Source: a virus
DNA length: 59,347 nt
Direction: 5' to 3' (one strand)
Virus record (IMG/VR): IMGVR_UViG_3300050154_000158
This document shows positions 43,252 through 52,574 of this stretch, piece by piece. Each line of letters opens with the position of its first letter. Position 1 is the stretch's first letter. The notes below the pieces were generated by a model that saw nothing but the letters and a program-made list of their open reading frames with translations, ran no database searches and was not told the origin of the DNA. Both the position numbers and the translations under genes were made by a program.

Positions 43252-43736
43252 TGGAGTTTGGCAGCCTTGGTGGTCTTGCTGCATATCTTGCAACATTACC
43301 AACGCAGCATGCTCATGCCTTGCAGGAAGGGCTTGAGCAATGCGCTGTATCAATTGAGAAAACAGCAAAGGAAGAGTTTGGGCATTATCAACCCGAGGCC
43401 GGACCATTTAATGCTTGGGATCCACTAGCGGAAAGTACAAAGGCAGATCGGTTATCAAAAGGATTTAGCGAAGACGAACCACTACTTAGAACTGGGGTGA
43501 TGCGAGATAGCATTACACATGAAGTGGATGGGTTGGAGGCTGTTATTGGCGCTAAAGATCAAAAGATGGTTTGGCATGAGTTTGGAACTAACCGCATACC
43601 GCCAAGACCAGTTCTTGGCCCCGCACTTGTAAGAAACAAAGCCAAAATACTGAAAATTATTGGCCACACAGCAGTTTCAGGCTTGTTTGGTGGTCATCAT
43701 ATCCATGAATCGCTTGGGTATGATGACCATGTTTAG
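43251..43736 (+). CDS. HK97 gp10-like tail/neck component
   Basis: VWHEFGTNRIPPRPVLGPAL matches the gp10-family vEfGT...p.rPFl.pA motif by eye. Confidence 0.55.
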   Translation: MEFGSLGGLAAYLATLPTQHAHALQEGLEQCAVSIEKTAKEEFGHYQPEAGPFNAWDPLAESTKADRLSKGFSEDEPLLRTGVMRDSITHEVDGLEAVIGAKDQKMVWHEFGTNRIPPRPVLGPALVRNKAKILKIIGHTAVSGLFGGHHIHESLGYDDHV

Positions 43737-44024
43737 TTACAGCCAACTAGCAACACCGCTATGACGAGAGCAGGTACCTCTGTGATGCGTGCTAAAACTG
43801 AACGAACCATCTCGGCATTTCGCTGTAGCGCCAGTAGGGGCTTTGCCTGATTTGGTGTGAGCGGGGCGGTGAACTTCTTTTCCGTCTACATTTGTGTAAC
43901 TGCCTTGCTCAAGCAGTTCATCTGCCTGTTGCTGAGTTTGTGTTGGAGCAGATGGTGGAGTTACTTTTGCAAATACAGGCTGAAATAGTAAAGCTGCCAA
44001 TAAAGCCAATAATGGTAAGCGCAT
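43737..44024 (-). CDS. secreted DUF3761-like protein (95 aa), reverse-strand moron
   Basis: Signal peptide MRLPLLALLAALLFQPVFA. The C-terminus CRDGSFSFSTHHRGTCSRHSGVASWL matches the DUF3761 motif. AAGGA RBS. Confidence 0.65.
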   Translation of the reverse strand: MRLPLLALLAALLFQPVFAKVTPPSAPTQTQQQADELLEQGSYTNVDGKEVHRPAHTKSGKAPTGATAKCRDGSFSFSTHHRGTCSRHSGVASWL

Positions 44025-44089
44025 GGTGATGTCCTTATCTATAAAGGGTCAAATCATGCGCCAAAAGGATCTGCTTGTTTTGTTATCGA

Positions 44090-44320
44090 TCAATTACTGC
44101 CGATATATATAACTAGTAACACCAAAAGAACAAATAAAACCGGCGCAAAAACCCACCACATAGCGAATCCGAACAGCATCCATTTAAACAACACGCTTAT
44201 CCAATCAGTTTTCTCTTTTGCGATTGCACCTTTAGGTATGAATTGTTGATTTGGGTATTGCACCCACGATATGCGCCCAGCAAACCATTCTTGGATCCGA
44301 TAACGTAAGGAGTGTTTCAT
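44090..44320 (-). CDS. possible small membrane protein (76 aa)
   Basis: Strongly hydrophobic C-terminal half (FKWMLFGFAMWWVFAPVLFVLLVLLVIYIG). No clear RBS. Its start codon shares bases with the tape-measure ATG. Confidence 0.4.
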   Translation of the reverse strand: MKHSLRYRIQEWFAGRISWVQYPNQQFIPKGAIAKEKTDWISVLFKWMLFGFAMWWVFAPVLFVLLVLLVIYIGSN

Positions 44321-46262
44321 GTCATTCGAGGCCTATAGCGTTGCGATCAAGTTAAGTCTAACAAACCAAGTTAGTTCTGGCCTCGCTTTGCTTGCAAAAG
44401 ATTTAACTGGGCTAGAAAAGAAAGTAGTAAATCTGCAGGACAAGTTTGCAGCGCTGAAAATGATCGGTGTTGGCTGGGGTATGTCAAAGATTGGCTCTGG
44501 CATGCTTGGCTTTCTGGAAAAGTCAGTTGATGTCAGCAAAGAATATACCCACCAAGTATCGCAGATGAATATTCTCGGCATGAAGCAGGCCGACATTGCC
44601 AATGTTATTTCTGCATCATGGAAGACCTCACGTGATGTTATTACGACTAGTGCCGCAGACAATATTGAGGCGTACAGGGAATTGCGTGCTGTATTCGGTT
44701 CGGGCCACGAGCATGAAGCGATTGCAATAATGCCAATTGCTCAGCGTGCCAGCGCGATATTGTCATCATTAACAGGAAAAATGAACACTGTAAAAGATGT
44801 TGGCTATGACATCGCTAAAGCCGCTGAACTAAGCACAAAAGGCGGCATGACAGACGCGCAAATGCAAAAGCGAGCAGAGCAATTCATGCAGGCCTCTATC
44901 GCATTTGGCGGCAAAGTAAATATGCAGGATTTTCATAGCGCTCTTAAAATGACGCGAGGATCCTCGCTTAGCTATAACGACGATTTCATTTCGCATTACT
45001 TGCCAACACTTATTCAAGAGATGAAGAGCGGTAACGGTGGTGGGCAACAAGCTGGCACGCTGTTAAGAAACTTTGATCGAGCGGTTGTTCAGCAAGTAAT
45101 ACCTCTTAATAAGTTGGCTAACTGGGAAGACGCTGGGCTTATAAAAAAAGGTCATGTGGTATGGAATGCGCACCATACAGGTATGAAAAAAATAACGCCT
45201 GGTGGTGTCGAAGGTCAGGATCTGGCAAGCGAAAGCCCGTATGAGTGGTGGCAGAAGTTCGGTGAGCCAGCAGTACAAACACTGATGAAGAAAAATGGAT
45301 TAACTGATATTCAAGCCATCAGCGCCCTATCAACCAACCAAATGACGGCTGATTTGTTCAAGAAGTTTCACTTCCAGCACGCTCAGTTCGAGCGTGATAA
45401 GAAAATGATTGAAGAAGTCACAGCAGGTGGTGGCAGTAAACAAAAATACGATCAACTACTGAAAACTGATCCGCTGCTAGCTCAGCAGGCAATGCATAAG
45501 CAGTGGGAGAATGTTCAGGCCAGAATTGGTTATGAAATTCTGCCAAGACTAATCCCATATATGATCAAGTTTGCAGATGGGTTGGGTAAGGTTGCGCAAT
45601 GGATGCAGGCAAACCCAGAAAAAATGAAATCACTGGTTTTTGGGCTTGCAGGATTGGCGGTTAGTTTCGATGCTATTGGTAAAATTCTTATGGCTGCAGG
45701 TTTCATAAAACTGTTTGGTATAGGAAAGAGTCTAAGTGCTCTTGCCGGAGGTGTAAGCGAAGTTGGCGCTGCAACTGGTGGTGGCGTTGCATCAAGGTTG
45801 TTTAGTGTCGGTAGTGCGCTGAAGTTTATTAACTCAATTGCAGTGGCTTTTATGGCTTGGCAGGCGGGGACCATTGCTGGTGACTGGATAAATAGCAAAC
45901 TAAGCAAAGAAACCAAGGATACGATTGGCGAGTACGTTACAAAAGCTGTTGCGCTGGTTGGGTCTGATGATGCTCTCGATGCTGTTCGTAAGACAGAAGG
46001 TCGTGACAGCTGGTTTATGAGAATGATGGATGCCCGCGGATACCATGAGCAACAACAAAAAACTGCAGCTCCAGTTCCGACATCAAACCAAAAGCCAATT
46101 GAAATTAGAAACTATGTAATGCTGGATGGTAAACAGGTTGCTGAATCAGTAACAAAACACCAAGCCAAGCAGGCGGCAAGACCGCAAACCGGAACAAGTG
46201 CATTTGATAGCTCCATGTTCCCGCCAATGCCTGGCACTAGCAGTTTTCTCATCTCACCGTAA
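44319..46262 (+). CDS. tail tape measure protein
   Basis: 647 aa, helical, with Gly/Ala-rich hydrophobic segments. Lies between the chaperone and baseplate genes. AAGGAG RBS. Confidence 0.75.
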   Translation: MSFEAYSVAIKLSLTNQVSSGLALLAKDLTGLEKKVVNLQDKFAALKMIGVGWGMSKIGSGMLGFLEKSVDVSKEYTHQVSQMNILGMKQADIANVISASWKTSRDVITTSAADNIEAYRELRAVFGSGHEHEAIAIMPIAQRASAILSSLTGKMNTVKDVGYDIAKAAELSTKGGMTDAQMQKRAEQFMQASIAFGGKVNMQDFHSALKMTRGSSLSYNDDFISHYLPTLIQEMKSGNGGGQQAGTLLRNFDRAVVQQVIPLNKLANWEDAGLIKKGHVVWNAHHTGMKKITPGGVEGQDLASESPYEWWQKFGEPAVQTLMKKNGLTDIQAISALSTNQMTADLFKKFHFQHAQFERDKKMIEEVTAGGGSKQKYDQLLKTDPLLAQQAMHKQWENVQARIGYEILPRLIPYMIKFADGLGKVAQWMQANPEKMKSLVFGLAGLAVSFDAIGKILMAAGFIKLFGIGKSLSALAGGVSEVGAATGGGVASRLFSVGSALKFINSIAVAFMAWQAGTIAGDWINSKLSKETKDTIGEYVTKAVALVGSDDALDAVRKTEGRDSWFMRMMDARGYHEQQQKTAAPVPTSNQKPIEIRNYVMLDGKQVAESVTKHQAKQAARPQTGTSAFDSSMFPPMPGTSSFLISP

Positions 46263-46348
46263 ACAAATCACATCAAACATAACCCGCTCCAGTGATGGAC
46301 AAAAGAACAGTATTTGCTAGGTGGTTATAATTTCTTCAAGGAAATACA

Positions 46349-47173
46349 ATGATGATGATTGAAGATGACTTGAACACACAAGGAAAGCAAATGCCTGTTG
46401 CGGTGCCTAAGACGGCAGAGATAAAGCACGCGCTAACCGATGCTATAGACTCAGATACCCCGCTTGGGGAGTTTGAGTTTGCTCGGTTCAAGCGGGATAT
46501 CGAAAGGCTTCCTGAAGGGAATGCTAGGGATTCCATGATGGCATATGCCTTTGCAGCTAATGGTCAAAAAGATAAAGCCATTCAGCAGTTTGAATATGCC
46601 ATTTCAGCACATGGCGATGTCGTGACAATGCATGACTATTGCTTATATTGTAAGAAAATATTCAGAAATGCCTTGGCATATAAGAATGCTATAAAATTTG
46701 CATCGCATATGGATAATCCATTGCTTGTCGCAGACGCATTAACCTTGTCATTCATGTTTTATGATTATGAAACATCAGAATTTTTTAGAAATAAACTTGA
46801 TAAATATCACGTAGAGGGCGGTGCGTTTACCAATGGCGCTTATGCTGAATTCGATGATAAGCGAGACAACCTGAAACGCATGATCCAACAATTTCCGTTT
46901 GATGGCTCACTAATCGCTAAATTGGCAATGGCATTATTCTGTGTAGCAGAAAAGCACTCCCTTCCAATTAATGAAATGCTGTTAATGAAAAATGAAAACA
47001 GGTGTGTGCTTGAGGGGATTGTTGCCTGCAATAAACCAAGCCTTTTGGCAGAAATAAACTTTGACGTATGTATGTGGCTGGCTGAAATCCCAAATCTACT
47101 TGAGTGTGGAATAACCGGGTATTTTATCGCCGCACCCGAAGTTGATGGAGTGGAGTTAATTCATGCCTGTTAA
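46349..47173 (+). CDS. hypothetical protein (274 aa), partner of the HEPN-like gene
   Basis: AT-rich ORF with an AAGGA RBS. A TATAAT hexamer lies at 46326-46331. No nucleotidyltransferase or other motif recognised. Confidence 0.6.
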   Translation: MMMIEDDLNTQGKQMPVAVPKTAEIKHALTDAIDSDTPLGEFEFARFKRDIERLPEGNARDSMMAYAFAANGQKDKAIQQFEYAISAHGDVVTMHDYCLYCKKIFRNALAYKNAIKFASHMDNPLLVADALTLSFMFYDYETSEFFRNKLDKYHVEGGAFTNGAYAEFDDKRDNLKRMIQQFPFDGSLIAKLAMALFCVAEKHSLPINEMLLMKNENRCVLEGIVACNKPSLLAEINFDVCMWLAEIPNLLECGITGYFIAAPEVDGVELIHAC

Positions 47174-47564
47174 CGCGAATGATTTTTTGGATATAGCAAG
47201 CGATGCGCTTTCATTAAATACCGAAATCGGATTCAGAAATGCAATTTCAAGATCGTATTACAGCATGTTTCATCGGGCTAAATCCTCCCTCAGGAATCAC
47301 CCGCAGGATATTCGCTCAGCCCATCAAAAGCTGATCGATTACCTGCTCTCTCCAGAAGCAGCAAGAATGGAGGGGGTAGATGCGGTGGTGTTAAGACAAA
47401 TGGCCTCTTGCTTACATCAGCGGCGTGAGTTGCGGGTTCTTGCTGATTACAATCTTAATTGTGTGATAACCAAGGACACCGCTAAAGAGGGAATTAATAT
47501 GGCCACCTTATTTTTCAAGTATTGCGAATCCATTTACCAAAATAAAAACGCAAATGGTGATTGA
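47163..47564 (+). CDS. HEPN-like domain protein (133 aa)
   Basis: Helix pattern FLDIASDAL..., AISRSYYSMFHRAKSSL, SAHQKLIDYL, LHQRRELRVLADYN...TKDTAKEGI resembles COG2250-type HEPN proteins (YYa.fHa...H..l...R..aDY). Overlaps the upstream gene by 11 nt. Confidence 0.45.
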   Translation: MPVNANDFLDIASDALSLNTEIGFRNAISRSYYSMFHRAKSSLRNHPQDIRSAHQKLIDYLLSPEAARMEGVDAVVLRQMASCLHQRRELRVLADYNLNCVITKDTAKEGINMATLFFKYCESIYQNKNANGD

Positions 47565-47781
47565 TCCAATCTTATCTATGCAAGACCCGCTATGGTTGGA
47601 ATACATGAAATTTACTGGTTTAAGCGAGCAAGCTCTACAGCAAGACTTGGAGCGTGACATCCTGAATACGTCAGACGACTGGGATGATGGCAAGCTTGGT
47701 GCTGATGAACAATTTGTTGTCAAATCCACACACTCTTCAGACGAAGACATTATCGCTGCTACCATCTCAACTCTGCGATGA
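47554..47781 (+). CDS. hypothetical acidic protein (75 aa)
   Basis: Overlaps the HEPN-like gene by 11 nt. No SD sequence. Followed by two terminators. Confidence 0.4.
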   Translation: MVIDPILSMQDPLWLEYMKFTGLSEQALQQDLERDILNTSDDWDDGKLGADEQFVVKSTHSSDEDIIAATISTLR

Positions 47782-47843
47782 GAGTTGAATTAGATTCGCA
47801 GCAAGATCAGAGAAAAATCGCATAGATTTAAATAAAGATAACT

Positions 47844-47866
47844 AACCCGCTTCGGCGGGTTTTTTG
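47844..47866 (+). terminator. Rho-independent terminator
   Basis: AACCCGC-ttcg-GCGGGTT followed by TTTT. Confidence 0.75.
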
Positions 47867-47887
47867 TTTTCTAAATCCCAAATACAC

Positions 47888-47922
47888 GAAAGCCCGAGTT
47901 GTTACCAGCATCTCGGGCTTTC
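47888..47922 (+). terminator. second hairpin (11-bp stem) with weak U tract
   Basis: GAAAGCCCGAG-13 nt-CTCGGGCTTTC followed by tcgtttct. Confidence 0.5.
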
Positions 47923-47997
47923 TCGTTTCTGCACCTTGATGAAGGCAAGGGAGAACTTGTGGTAAATCTTAGCAAGATATTAAAGGAGTTTCGACTA

Positions 47998-48114
47998 ATG
48001 GGTGAAAAATTATCCAACTGGAAGTTCCTGTTGATTTGGCTTCTGGCGCTAGTGGCCTCATCAGCGCCATTTCTGTACGGCGTAGCCAGATTAATAGAGG
48101 CGATAAAGCAATGA
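47998..48114 (+). CDS. 38-aa single-TM peptide
   Basis: AGGAG RBS. MGEKLSNWKFLLIWLLALVASSAPFLYGVARLIEAIKQ. Confidence 0.45.
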   Translation: MGEKLSNWKFLLIWLLALVASSAPFLYGVARLIEAIKQ

Positions 48115-48239
48115 TCGCATCGCTGCTGGAATCATCCCCATGGTTAAGGTTCTGCACTGGCATTGCCATTATTTTGATTGCCCTCGGTGTCGCAGGTTTG
48201 GTGATCACTCCACTAATTCACGCCATTCGTTGGTGGTGA
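48111..48239 (+). CDS. 42-aa single-TM peptide
   Basis: ATGA-coupled to the previous peptide. MIASLLESSPWLRFCTGIAIILIALGVAGLVITPLIHAIRWW. Confidence 0.45.
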   Translation: MIASLLESSPWLRFCTGIAIILIALGVAGLVITPLIHAIRWW

Positions 48240-48255
48240 TCTCAAACACCAAGTT

Positions 48256-48278
48256 AACTCGCTAAATGCGGGTTTTTT
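48256..48278 (+). terminator. Rho-independent terminator
   Basis: AACTCGC-taaat-GCGGGTT followed by TTTT. Confidence 0.65.
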
Positions 48279-48302
48279 ATTGCCTGAAATATGGGGTAAG
48301 CA

Positions 48303-49304
48303 ATGTCACTTCTTAGCATGATTGATACTTATATCGACGGTATTGATGTGACCTCGGTAAAGTTAACGCTTGGCAAATTCACGTTTAAAGATTTCGAGAT
48401 CCCGGCTCACATTGCGTTTCCAGCCAAACAGCAGACGGTTATTCATAAGTTGGTTGGCGGTAAGCGCGTTATTGATGTGTTGGGCGTGGATTATGATCCG
48501 ATCACATGGTCTGGGATTATTACCGGCAAGAAGGCGGGCGACCGAGTTCGAATGCTGGAAACCATGCGTGACACCGGTGCAATTGTGACAATGACGCTGG
48601 ATAGCTACAGCTTTGATGTTGTGGTGACTTCATTTGTGCCGACGTTTGAGTTTATCTACCGCCGCCCGTACACCATTGAGCTGGCAGTAGTTAAGCGCAA
48701 TGACGCACCGGTGCAGGTTGATGCGTTAACAGGTGCATTGAATGCCTTGATCAACAGCGATATTGGTAAGTCGCTTGGCTTGGCCGGCGTCATTAATGTG
48801 TCGTCCATAACCGATGCGGTAACCACGGTACAGGCTGCTGTTGCCAAGATCCAAAGCTTCGCCAGTGCGACATCATCGGCTGTTCAGTCGGTAATGGCGC
48901 CGATTGCCGCGGCTAAATCTATTATTCACTCGGTGATCCGTGAAACCGAACAAGCACTGAATGAAATTACAACGCTGGGCGGCATGGTGCCGGGTAATCC
49001 GGTATCCAAAACCATTAATAACGTGCTCACACAGGCCGATGGATTAACCAGTTTGACGGCGTTGTATAACCTGCACAATACACTTACTCGCACTGAAAAG
49101 AATGTCAGTGCAGGTCAGGCGGCTGATGGTTTGCGCACGGTAACCATTACCGGCGGTACCTTGTATCAGGTGGCCAGCCAGCAATACGGCGACCCAACAC
49201 TGTGGACGAGTATCGCCAGTGCAAACAACCTGACAGATCCGCAACTGACCGGCATCAATACGTTGATCATCCCCGCTAATCCAGCCGGAGATGACTTCGA
49301 ATGA
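48303..49304 (+). CDS. tail/baseplate protein with C-terminal LysM-like segment (Mu gp43 / P2 gpX position)
   Basis: 333 aa. The C-terminus YQVASQQYGDPTLWTSIASANNLTDPQLTGINTLIIP is LysM-like. It is first in a baseplate gene run. Confidence 0.55.
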   Translation: MSLLSMIDTYIDGIDVTSVKLTLGKFTFKDFEIPAHIAFPAKQQTVIHKLVGGKRVIDVLGVDYDPITWSGIITGKKAGDRVRMLETMRDTGAIVTMTLDSYSFDVVVTSFVPTFEFIYRRPYTIELAVVKRNDAPVQVDALTGALNALINSDIGKSLGLAGVINVSSITDAVTTVQAAVAKIQSFASATSSAVQSVMAPIAAAKSIIHSVIRETEQALNEITTLGGMVPGNPVSKTINNVLTQADGLTSLTALYNLHNTLTRTEKNVSAGQAADGLRTVTITGGTLYQVASQQYGDPTLWTSIASANNLTDPQLTGINTLIIPANPAGDDFE

Positions 49305-50419
49305 AAGACGTAAATAATCCAATAGTGACCTCTAGCGCTCGGCATGTAACCGGGCGTTGTTTTTTGGCTGGCGTAGAAGTCCCATTCGTCTCGTTTGATG
49401 TGGACAGCAACGCCTTTGCGAGCGCTGATACATTCAGTGTGACGTTCGCGGCCTCTGCTTTACCAAAGAGCTTTGGCCTTCTGAATTGGTGGGCAACACA
49501 GACTGGCATATTGATAGAGCTTCACGCCGTTATTATTTCTCAGTCTGGCATGGATGATAAAAAGCTGATCGTCGGGAATGTTGATACATGGCATTACGAC
49601 CCAGCGCGATTTGAGATTGTCTGCGAAGGCCGCGATTTTACAGCGTTGTTTATCGATACCAAAACAGCGGGCGAAAGCTTCAAAAACCAGACGTCGAGCC
49701 AGATCGCGGAAGACTTAGCGAAACGGCACAGCCTGACACCAGTAGTGACCGCAACAACAACCAAGTTTGGTGAGTTTTATCAAATCGACTCAGCTCACTT
49801 ATCCGGTGAGCAAACGGAATGGGACATTCTCACATCACTGGCGGCGATTGAAAATTATCAGGTGTACGTGAAAGGTTATGAGCTTCATTTCGAACCATTA
49901 GCCAGCATTCGCACTGCTGACAATTACGTGATCCGCTGGCAACCGATTGGCACTTTGAAATATCCGCAAGCCAATGTGAGTGAAGATCTGCAATTCAGTC
50001 GCGCCATGACCATCATGAAGGGCGTGACCGTCGAGGTTCTGTCTTGGTCATCGAAAAAGAAAAACAAACAGTTCATCGCAGCTTACCCAAAGAATGCGAA
50101 ATCGACCGCAGTGGGTGGCTCAACACCAAAAACACAGGCATTTCGCATTATTCGTGATGGACTAACGCCTGAAACGGCGATGCAATTAGCTCAGTCAACC
50201 TATAACCAGATCGTGAAGCACGCCATGAAGCTCTCCGGCTCAATGCCCGGCGACAATATTCTTATGCCTGCCGACATGATCCGCGTTGAAGGGACGCAGA
50301 GCCCATTTGACCAACTTTATTACTGTGACTCAGTGAAACGCACCGTCAGCTTCGAAGGCGGGTATGTCATGAGTTTCACCGGTAAAAACCAATCACCAAA
50401 CTTGGAGGCATCCGGCTAA
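49301..50419 (+). CDS. baseplate hub protein (P2 gpD / Mu gp44-like)
   Basis: 372 aa. Call rests on position and size within the Mu/P2-type baseplate order. Confidence 0.55.
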   Translation: MKDVNNPIVTSSARHVTGRCFLAGVEVPFVSFDVDSNAFASADTFSVTFAASALPKSFGLLNWWATQTGILIELHAVIISQSGMDDKKLIVGNVDTWHYDPARFEIVCEGRDFTALFIDTKTAGESFKNQTSSQIAEDLAKRHSLTPVVTATTTKFGEFYQIDSAHLSGEQTEWDILTSLAAIENYQVYVKGYELHFEPLASIRTADNYVIRWQPIGTLKYPQANVSEDLQFSRAMTIMKGVTVEVLSWSSKKKNKQFIAAYPKNAKSTAVGGSTPKTQAFRIIRDGLTPETAMQLAQSTYNQIVKHAMKLSGSMPGDNILMPADMIRVEGTQSPFDQLYYCDSVKRTVSFEGGYVMSFTGKNQSPNLEASG

Positions 50420-51045
50420 TGAATCAACTCATTAATGCAATGAAGATGCATGCCATGCAAGGAATGTCAGGGTTCACTGGCACTCGACAGGGGGTAATTA
50501 CGGCATATGACCCCAATGCATATGCGGTGAAGGTTCAAATACAGCCAACCGGCGAGGAAACGGGGTGGATACCACTCTCTACGCCTTGGGTTGGTAATGG
50601 ATGGGGATTAGCCGCCGGCCCAATGATAGACGCCGTAGTTGAGATCAATTTTGACTCTGGAACCATTGGTGTTGGCATGGTGTCAGGGCAGTTTTACAAC
50701 GATGTTGACCGCTGCCCGGGTCCGCCTTCGGGTGAGTTCTGGTTGGTTCACAAGTCAGGTTCGCTGCTGAAATTCACAAATGACGGCAATGTTCTTGTAG
50801 TTGCGGCCGGAACAGCACACTACACGGCACAGCAGCATGTATTTGATGGGCCGGTACAAATGAATGACACGTTAAATGCGGAAAAGCAGATAACAAGTCA
50901 GGCGGATATTACTGATAACGCTGGTTCAAATGCCCATTCAATGGCTGGGATGCGTCAGATTTACAACGGCCATGATCATCCAGTTAAAAACGTTCAGGGC
51001 GGCTCATCAACCATCATTTCAGACAAGCCGGAACAGCAGACATGA
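50419..51045 (+). CDS. baseplate spike/assembly protein V-like (Mu gp45-like)
   Basis: GVITAYDPNAYAVKVQIQPTGEETGWIPLSTPWVG...EINFDSG fits the gpV OB-fold region by eye. Confidence 0.65.
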   Translation: MNQLINAMKMHAMQGMSGFTGTRQGVITAYDPNAYAVKVQIQPTGEETGWIPLSTPWVGNGWGLAAGPMIDAVVEINFDSGTIGVGMVSGQFYNDVDRCPGPPSGEFWLVHKSGSLLKFTNDGNVLVVAAGTAHYTAQQHVFDGPVQMNDTLNAEKQITSQADITDNAGSNAHSMAGMRQIYNGHDHPVKNVQGGSSTIISDKPEQQT

Positions 51046-51443
51046 TAGACCTTTATCACTACATCGGTGGCGACCTGAGTTTGTCACCGACAGGCGATCT
51101 CACGCCTGTTTCTGACACTGAAAAGGGCAAGCAGCGCGTGTTACGGCGCCTACTGACCAATCCGCAACTCGAAGATGCTGACGGGAACATCATTTCAGCC
51201 GGCGACTATGTTTTTCACCCTGATTACGGCGCTGGTCTTGCTCGTAAAGTCGGTGACATCGTGAATATCAACGAATGGACAGCACTTATCCGGGGGCAAA
51301 TGCTGCTGGAAGATTGTGTTGCTCGGTCACCAGAACCGGTTATCACGGTGTCAGTGATAGACCAAGGTGCCAGCGTTGATATCCAGTACACCGACGCAGT
51401 TTCTGGCCTTCCAACCACACTCAGCTTTGACGTGACGAGGTAA
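51042..51443 (+). CDS. baseplate wedge protein (gpW/gp25-like, Mu gp46 position)
   Basis: 133 aa. QRVLRRLLTNP...HPDYGAGL pattern and synteny. Confidence 0.55.
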   Translation: MIDLYHYIGGDLSLSPTGDLTPVSDTEKGKQRVLRRLLTNPQLEDADGNIISAGDYVFHPDYGAGLARKVGDIVNINEWTALIRGQMLLEDCVARSPEPVITVSVIDQGASVDIQYTDAVSGLPTTLSFDVTR

Positions 51444-51445
51444 TA

Positions 51446-52564
51446 ATGGCGTTAAGCACAAAGAGTTTTAACACGCTGGTTAGTGACCAAGTTACGGCCA
51501 TTCAAGCACTGGCAACCAGTCTTGTTGATTTAACGATCGGCAGCTTGCTGCGTTCTGTCGCTGAGTCTAACGCTGGTGTTTTGCAGTGGTTGCAATCGCT
51601 GATCGTTCAATTGTTGGTAACCACTCGCGCTGCGACTTGTTCGGGTGATGATCTCGTTAGTTGGATGGCCGATTATGGCTTTACTAAGCTATCAGCTGTG
51701 CAATCAACTGGGCAGGCCACTTTTTCTCGGTACACATCAACCTATCAAGCGCTGATACCAATCGGAACGGTGGTGCAAACTACTGACGGCACACAGCAGT
51801 TTACCGTTATAACTGACACCACCAATGCCGCATACAGCGCGACACTTGGGGGTTATGTCATTGTAGCAGGCGTTTCAGGCATACAAGTGCCAATCCAAGC
51901 CAGCACGGCTGGTGCTGCTGGTAATGTTTTAGCTGGTACTATTTCAGTGATCGTCGGTGGTATTCAGTATGTGGATACCGTCACAAACGCTTCCGCCTTG
52001 GCGAATGGCTCAGACGAAGAGACGGATGCGGCGTTTCGTGCACGGTTTGTTCTCTGGGTGGCCTCGCTATCAAAGGGCACTAAAGCGGCGATCGGCTATG
52101 CGTTATCGAGCATGCAAACTGGCGTAACGTACTCGCTTGTTGAAAACCAGAACTACAACGGCACCACAAACTACGGGTACTTTTATGCCGTGGTGGATGA
52201 TGGTTCCGGTTCGCCGTCCAGTACATTCCTGTCATCTGCTGCCAACGCTATTGAGTCGGCGAGGGGGTTCACCATTAATTACGGTGTTTTCGCTCCGACT
52301 TTGTTAGCTGCTAACGTCAGCATGACCATTACAACGACCTCTGATCATGCGTCAGCGGTTGCCTTGGTTAGCACAGCAGTTCAGGAATACATCGCAGCAT
52401 TAAGCCTTGGTCAGTTACTTCCATATACGCAGCTGGCAACCATTGCTTACGGTGCAAGCCCGCTCATTACTAACGTGTCATCAGTTTTGTTAAATGGCGG
52501 TACATCAGACCTCGCAGCAACGGCAAAGCAAGTTATCCGTGCTGGAACAATCGCAATTTCCTAA
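51446..52564 (+). CDS. baseplate J-like protein (Mu gp47-like)
   Basis: 372 aa. The GSDEETDAAFRARF motif is typical of Baseplate_J proteins. Confidence 0.7.
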   Translation: MALSTKSFNTLVSDQVTAIQALATSLVDLTIGSLLRSVAESNAGVLQWLQSLIVQLLVTTRAATCSGDDLVSWMADYGFTKLSAVQSTGQATFSRYTSTYQALIPIGTVVQTTDGTQQFTVITDTTNAAYSATLGGYVIVAGVSGIQVPIQASTAGAAGNVLAGTISVIVGGIQYVDTVTNASALANGSDEETDAAFRARFVLWVASLSKGTKAAIGYALSSMQTGVTYSLVENQNYNGTTNYGYFYAVVDDGSGSPSSTFLSSAANAIESARGFTINYGVFAPTLLAANVSMTITTTSDHASAVALVSTAVQEYIAALSLGQLLPYTQLATIAYGASPLITNVSSVLLNGGTSDLAATAKQVIRAGTIAIS

Positions 52565-52574
52565 GAGGTGATAC

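Noticed and set aside
43106-43336. ORF 43106-43336 (76 aa)
   Set aside because: It lies in the zero frame after the chaperone stop and overlaps the gp10-like gene. The -1 frame extension from the slippery site explains this interval better.
47554-47781. The 75-aa protein as a truncated CopG/RHH-type antitoxin (WDDGKLGADEQFV resembles N-terminal regions of some RHH antitoxins)
   Set aside because: The similarity is from memory only. The RHH domain itself is absent, and I could not recover it convincingly in other frames downstream. The ORF is left as hypothetical.
47899-47997. Long form of ORF 47899-48114
   Set aside because: Its first 33 codons consist of the 11-bp-stem terminator hairpin and spacer. 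The AGGAG-preceded ATG at 47998 is the credible start.
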